Source: Alphaproteobacteria bacterium
Lineage (GTDB): Bacteria > Pseudomonadota > Alphaproteobacteria > RF32 > CAG-239
Length of the DNA: 64,000 bases
Direction: 5' to 3'
NCBI GenBank assembly: GCA_015062235.1
Contig: SUUZ01000001.1
Location: 191,255 to 255,254, forward strand
Shown here: piece after piece, positions 60,596-64,000 of the stretch
Layout: every line of letters starts with the position of its first letter
How positions within the stretch are numbered: position 1 is the first letter of the stretch
The notes under the pieces: model-generated
What the model saw: only the letters and a program-made list of their open reading frames with translations
Told to the model about the DNA's origin: nothing
Database searches by the model: none
Translations under genes and position numbers: made by a program

Positions 60596-61672
60596 TTATT
60601 TGCTATAAAACGACATCAACGCTAAAATAGCTAAAACAATTCCTACCAACCAAAATCTAAACACAACTTTAGTTTCTTCCCAACCACTTTGTTCAAAATG
60701 ATGGTGTATTGGAGCCATTTTAAAAAAGCGTTTGCCTTTTGTATACCTAAACCAACCAATTTGTATCATTACAGAAACAGACTCCATAACAAAAACACCA
60801 CCAGCTACAGCGAGTAATATTTCTTGTTTTAACATTACAGCCACAACACCCAAAAAAGCCCCTAACGCTAATGAACCAGTATCTCCCATAAATACACTTG
60901 CAGGTTTAGCATTAAACCATAAAAATCCCAAACATGCACCAACGATAGCTGCACACATAACAGCAACCTCTGCAACTCCAGGAATAATAGGAACATAATA
61001 CTCCAAAGCGAGTACTCCACCAGCAATATATGCTGCAATCATAAATACTATAAATACCGAAGCTAAAAGTCCTGATGCTAAACCATCTAAACCATCACTT
61101 AAATTAACCCCATTAGAAGCACCTGCAATTACAATCATAGCAAAAGGAATATACAGCCACCTCAAATTAATATTCCAACCAGGTGTATAGGGAAAATTCA
61201 AAATAAATCTAGTATCTTCTGGCGTAACATAACATATAACTAAAATTGCAGCCAAAGCCGTTGAAAATTGTAACAACAACTTCATTTTTGCACTCAAAGC
61301 ATTAGCTGTTTGTTTAGTAACCTTCAAATAATCATCAATAAAACCTACTACACCATATATAACCAAAACAACAATTCCAACCCATACAAACAAATTTTTC
61401 AAATCACAAAAAAGCATAAATGAAAAAATTGATGCCCCCAACATCAGAATTCCCCCCATAGTAGGAGTACCTTTTTTAGTTAAAAGATGTGATTGCGGAC
61501 CATCTTCCCTAATTGGCTGTCCTTTTTTTTGATGTTTATGTAAAAAAACAATAAGTTTTTTACCACAAAGTAATGAAATTATTAAAGATGCCAAAAAAGA
61601 CATAAAACAACGCATATAAGGAGAGAAAAAATATTCCCCCCAATTAAAATTATTAAAAAGATAGACCAACAT
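60596..61672 (-). CDS. mraY: Phospho-N-acetylmuramoyl-pentapeptide transferase
   Basis: TPTMGG, DGLDGL, FMGDTGS, APIHHHFE. Confidence 0.97.
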   Translation of the reverse strand: MLVYLFNNFNWGEYFFSPYMRCFMSFLASLIISLLCGKKLIVFLHKHQKKGQPIREDGPQSHLLTKKGTPTMGGILMLGASIFSFMLFCDLKNLFVWVGIVVLVIYGVVGFIDDYLKVTKQTANALSAKMKLLLQFSTALAAILVICYVTPEDTRFILNFPYTPGWNINLRWLYIPFAMIVIAGASNGVNLSDGLDGLASGLLASVFIVFMIAAYIAGGVLALEYYVPIIPGVAEVAVMCAAIVGACLGFLWFNAKPASVFMGDTGSLALGAFLGVVAVMLKQEILLAVAGGVFVMESVSVMIQIGWFRYTKGKRFFKMAPIHHHFEQSGWEETKVVFRFWLVGIVLAILALMSFYSK

Positions 61673-61872
61673 ACATTCATCCTTCTAAATATAAAGATTT
61701 ATCTACTCTAAACTACCACGCAAATCTAAACAAATATTAAACAAAAAATTATCTTCATAAATTAAAATAATAAAATTTATAAACATATAACTTGACATCA
61801 AAATAAATAACAAATACATTCAGCACCCTTAATCTGATTATTTATTTTTAAGTCTAATTTAATTATATTATT

Positions 61873-62232
61873 ATGAAACAGGCTATTTATCTTACAGAAA
61901 AAAAAGCTTACCTTGACATTGATGTTAAAGTTCTAAAGCAAAATACCGATTGTAATCAAATGGTTAAAATTATTAAAGATGCTCTAATGAAAGAGATATC
62001 TGCAAATCTTCCAAAACCTGAAACAACTGAAAGAAGTTTCAAGCTAGCAGCTTTGACCTCTAGCAGTGATATTAGAGTAAAACTCTACTCTTATATTGAA
62101 GGTAAAGGCTTAGTACTTTCCATCTGTCGTCCAGGATTAAATGACATGTTCTTTTACAAAAAAGGAACAAATTTCATTACAGTTATGGGAGACCCTTGTA
62201 CCGATGAAATTGTCGAAACAATTTCTTGGTAA
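61873..62232 (+). CDS. Hypothetical protein (ORFan-like)
   Basis: 119-aa ORF with upstream TTGACA-17-TACATT and a downstream hairpin at 62258-62292. Confidence 0.6.
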   Translation: MKQAIYLTEKKAYLDIDVKVLKQNTDCNQMVKIIKDALMKEISANLPKPETTERSFKLAALTSSSDIRVKLYSYIEGKGLVLSICRPGLNDMFFYKKGTNFITVMGDPCTDEIVETISW

Positions 62233-62326
62233 GCTCCTTAACTAATAAAACTTATCTAAGACCATAAAAGCTACTTGCTTTTATGGTCTTTTACTTTATA
62301 TTTAAGAAAAATTAAGGAGAAACATA

Positions 62327-63541
62327 ATGCAAAACGGAGCTCGTTACCAAGCTGTTTTAGAAATATTAACAGAAGTATTTAAAGATCAAACTCCTGCCGA
62401 AAAAATCATTAACAATTATCTCAGATTACGCAAATACATAGGCTCTAAAGATCGCCGTTTTATAACAGATTTAACTTGGTACATCATACGTAATCGTCTA
62501 AAGCTAAGTTTTGACAGCAAATCCTCAGATCCTCGTAGACTTTTATTATACACATTAAAAGACAAATTAGAAAATGTTTTTGATAATTCGGCTTATGGGC
62601 TAACTCATCTAACTCCAGATGAAAAAGAATGGTTACAAAATGAAAATGAAGAACCATACCCTAACTATGTTGAAGCAGAATGTCCCCATTGGATTTTCAA
62701 TAAAATAAAAAATATTGATTTTTGCAAAGCTCTAAACCAACCAGCAACTACAGATATACGCACTCATAACATTGGTAGAGATGAACTTCAAAAAAAATTA
62801 CAAGCTGAAGGTATTGAAACATATTCAGGCAGCTATTCTCCTTATTGTCTTAAAATTGATGGGCGATTAGTTCTAAATAATTGCATAGCATGGCAAGATG
62901 GACTTTTAGACATCCAAGATGAAGCTAGCCAAATTGCTGCGATTTTAACAGATGTCAAACCTCAACATAAAATAATTGATTATTGTTGTGGAGCGGGTGG
63001 TAAATCTTTAGCAATTAGCAATATACTAAATAATCAAGGCACTATTTTAGCCTACGATATTGATATCAAAAGACTTAACGCTATAAAACCTCGTATAAGT
63101 AGACTAAAAGTAAAAAATATTGAATTAACAGATATTATTGCCGATTCTGATAAGAATTTTGATCGTTTCATACTAGATGCTCCTTGCTCTGGAAGTGGAA
63201 CATGGCGTCGTTCTCCTGATGCTAAATTTCGCTTAACTGAAGAAAAATTGTATGGATTAACTAAGATACAAGAAAATTTACTTGATATTGCTAAAACAAA
63301 AACAAAAATTGGAGGACGCATAATTTATATAACTTGTTCCATCTTAGAAGATGAAAACGAAAATATTATCAACCGCTTTTTACAAACAAATAAAAACTTC
63401 ACACCTATCAACATTAAATCTCTTTGGAACCAAAAACTTTCAGCTCCTTATCCCCACAATTCAGAAGTATTTTTAAGAATGTCGCCTTTTACAACTCAAA
63501 CAGATGGTTTTTTTGTTTGTATATTGGAACGTATCGCCTAA
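62327..63541 (+). CDS. RsmB/NOP2-family RNA cytosine-5 methyltransferase
   Basis: IQDEASQ, DYCCGAGGK, DAPCSGSG, YITCS, TDGFF. Confidence 0.92.
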   Translation: MQNGARYQAVLEILTEVFKDQTPAEKIINNYLRLRKYIGSKDRRFITDLTWYIIRNRLKLSFDSKSSDPRRLLLYTLKDKLENVFDNSAYGLTHLTPDEKEWLQNENEEPYPNYVEAECPHWIFNKIKNIDFCKALNQPATTDIRTHNIGRDELQKKLQAEGIETYSGSYSPYCLKIDGRLVLNNCIAWQDGLLDIQDEASQIAAILTDVKPQHKIIDYCCGAGGKSLAISNILNNQGTILAYDIDIKRLNAIKPRISRLKVKNIELTDIIADSDKNFDRFILDAPCSGSGTWRRSPDAKFRLTEEKLYGLTKIQENLLDIAKTKTKIGGRIIYITCSILEDENENIINRFLQTNKNFTPINIKSLWNQKLSAPYPHNSEVFLRMSPFTTQTDGFFVCILERIA

Positions 63542-63861
63542 AGTTTTGCATTTTGTTGATAAATGTAAGATAAAATTTCCGCTACTGCTGCAAATGCTTC
63601 TATTGGTATTTCTTGATTAATATCCACAGCTTTCAATATTTGTAACAAATCAGCATCTTTTCTAACCTCTATTCCATGCTCTTCAGCTAATGCAACAATT
63701 TTTTCAGCTATATTTCCTTGTCCTTTAGCTAATACTATAGGCGCATTATTTTTTTCATTATCATACCCCAACGCAACTGCATAATCTTCCTCTTGACCTG
63801 TGGAAAATTTAGAACTTGCGTTGTCTTTAGTTGTAAATCTGTTATTATCCTCGTTAGACAT
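63538..63861 (-). CDS. Stand-alone FlhB C-terminal-domain protein (EscU/YscU-like switch family)
   Basis: AVALGY...APIVLAKG.G.IAEKI...EIP...AVAEIL; lacks TM region and NPTH. Confidence 0.88.
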   Translation of the reverse strand: MSNEDNNRFTTKDNASSKFSTGQEEDYAVALGYDNEKNNAPIVLAKGQGNIAEKIVALAEEHGIEVRKDADLLQILKAVDINQEIPIEAFAAVAEILSYIYQQNAKL

Positions 63862-64000
63862 CAAGACCTCATCAATATTTTGCGTATATTATAATAAGAC
63901 TTATATAATAGCTTAGCAAGATATTTATTTGGCACATATATTGCATGTATTTAAGTGTGGGGACACTTAAGTTTTGATATTGGGGAATATAAATGGATTT

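Overview
AT-rich chromosomal window, most consistent with an anaerobic, probably gut-associated alphaproteobacterium of Rhodospirillales/RF32 type. This is inferred from cckA, mipZ, hdaA, a long-linker FtsZ, tRNA-His with G-1:C73, and PFOR. Most of the window is housekeeping: tig-clpP-clpX, secA, prfC, nifJ/por, tsaC, nhaA, pgm, fliQ-fliR-flhB-cckA-hdaA, a dcw cluster and five tRNAs. Main points of interest: (1) The dcw cluster mraY-ftsW-murG-murB-ftsQ-ftsA-ftsZ lacks the peptide-stem ligases murD, murC and ddl at their usual positions, with no murF upstream of mraY, while the retained genes look intact. (2) A ~3.7 kb island at tRNA-Gln(CTG) carries an HpaII-like restriction-modification pair. 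One deletion appears to have removed the catalytic halves of two divergent serine recombinases, and degenerate CCA-initiated repeats mark its edges. (3) An HNH-nuclease/SUKH-like immunity pair is translationally coupled to tsaC. (4) There is a Bacteroides Mpi-like invertase. (5) A flotillin-like C-terminal fragment with an in-frame TAG is not in the ORF track. (6) A putative ~100-nt rod-like RNA starts right after a strong promoter. (7) Several SD-less ORFans and tandem paralog pairs occur. All family assignments come from motif recognition by eye; no database searches were run.
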